Shown here piece after piece: positions 63,186 to 64,000 of a stretch of 64,000 nucleotides of DNA. The translations under genes and the position numbers were made by a program. Origin of the DNA: Myxococcota bacterium. GTDB lineage: Bacteria > Myxococcota_A > SURF-8 > G963663525. The DNA is taken from NCBI GenBank assembly GCA_963676915.2, contig CAXXVK010000010.1, positions 1 through 64,000 of the forward strand, given 5' to 3'. Each line of letters begins with the position of its first letter. The first letter of the stretch is position 1. The notes under the pieces were generated by a model, which did not search any database, was not told where the DNA came from, and was given only the letters and a program-made list of their open reading frames with translations.

Positions 63186-64000
63186 ATGCCACTCGCTGTT
63201 CAGACCAATGTGACATCCCTTCACATCCAACGCAGACTTACCGACAACAATTCGAGGTTGACCAACAATTTCAGAAGGTTGGCCACCGGAATGAAGACGA
63301 TCACTGCCGCCGACAACGCCTCGGGGCTGGCGATCTCCGAACGTCTTGTGTCGAATGTGAACGGGATCAGCCAGGCCATCAAAAACGCCAATGATGGCAT
63401 CTCCATGGCTCAAACGGCGGAGACGGGATTGGAAGACATTCGTGATATTTTGCAACGCCTGGGAGAGTTGGCGATGCAATCCACGAATGATAGCAATTCC
63501 GCCACAGACCGTCAGGCGATTCAACAAGAGGCCGATGATCTGATTGCCGAAGTCGAAAACATCGCCACCAGTACCAATTTCAATGGAAAAAGTCTGCTCG
63601 ACGGATCGTTGCAGGATGCAAAGATCCACATCGGGGCTGGGAGCTTCGATAGTGTAGGATTTTCCGTGGAATCGGTGCGCGCCCTTCACCTGGGCTCCGT
63701 CGCTCGGGTTGATTCCGGTTCCGTGACGGGAGCGGCCCTCGCCGAAGGGGATGTGGTGCTCAACGGCTATGCTGTTCGAGCGAGCGAAGCGGCGGATGAT
63801 ACGTTTTCGTTTGCGGGTCAAGACGCTTCGGCCATTGCCAAAGCTGCTGCAATCAACTCGTCCACGGTGCATCACGGTGTGACCGCCGAAGTCAACGCCA
63901 ACGAAGTTACCGGTTCGGCGGAGATCGCGGATGCCGGAGGAACTCTCGACGGAACCAATTACGTCGAAATCAATGGCGTACGGATTCAAGGGGATGTTTC
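63186..64000 (+). CDS. fliC: Flagellin (3' truncated; missing from the ORF track)
   Basis: AAGGAGG RBS. My translation: MPLAVQTNVTSLHIQRRL...RLATGMKTITAADNASGLAISE...NANDGISMAQTAE...LQRLGELAMQSTNDSNSATDRQAIQQE...TNFNGKSLLDGS. Confidence 0.95.
   Translation, partial: MPLAVQTNVTSLHIQRRLTDNNSRLTNNFRRLATGMKTITAADNASGLAISERLVSNVNGISQAIKNANDGISMAQTAETGLEDIRDILQRLGELAMQSTNDSNSATDRQAIQQEADDLIAEVENIATSTNFNGKSLLDGSLQDAKIHIGAGSFDSVGFSVESVRALHLGSVARVDSGSVTGAALAEGDVVLNGYAVRASEAADDTFSFAGQDASAIAKAAAINSSTVHHGVTAEVNANEVTGSAEIADAGGTLDGTNYVEINGVRIQGDV

Overview
A 64-kb chromosomal window from a bacterium of moderate-to-high GC content, probably Myxococcota/deltaproteobacterial (inferred from a MYXO-CTERM-like tail and Cys/Asp-rich lipoproteins). 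Contents in order: a multi-PAS hybrid kinase that lacks both phospho-acceptors; a surface metallopeptidase; groES-groEL; several lipoproteins; a MerR-headed acyl-CoA catabolic cluster (thiolase, hbd, crt, two acyl-CoA dehydrogenases, isobutyryl-CoA mutase IcmAB, and a Cys-less thiolase/DUF35 pair); a co-oriented minus-strand locus (GspE-like ATPase, YdbH/AsmA-like protein, DUF1318 lipoprotein, and a ~2930-aa exported TolB-TPR-pseudoCHAT-TPR-CHAT protease) facing a divergent GSPII-N/acidic-repeat gene; glgP; a tetraheme cytochrome with DUF362; a PhoBR-like pair; HDOD; PIG-L; a Ycf46-like AAA ATPase; a degenerate YkuD protein; ygfA; a CotH lipoprotein; YaiI; and the start of a flagellin gene. 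Intergenic regions carry two REP-like palindrome families and a shared ~90-bp element. Clustered single-base homopolymer indels, including three in groEL, point to read or assembly errors. No rRNA, intact tRNA, CRISPR array or transposase was seen. All domain calls come from motifs recognised by eye, not database searches. The best candidate for an undescribed system is the 25.6-44.5 kb envelope bridge/caspase-like protease locus.
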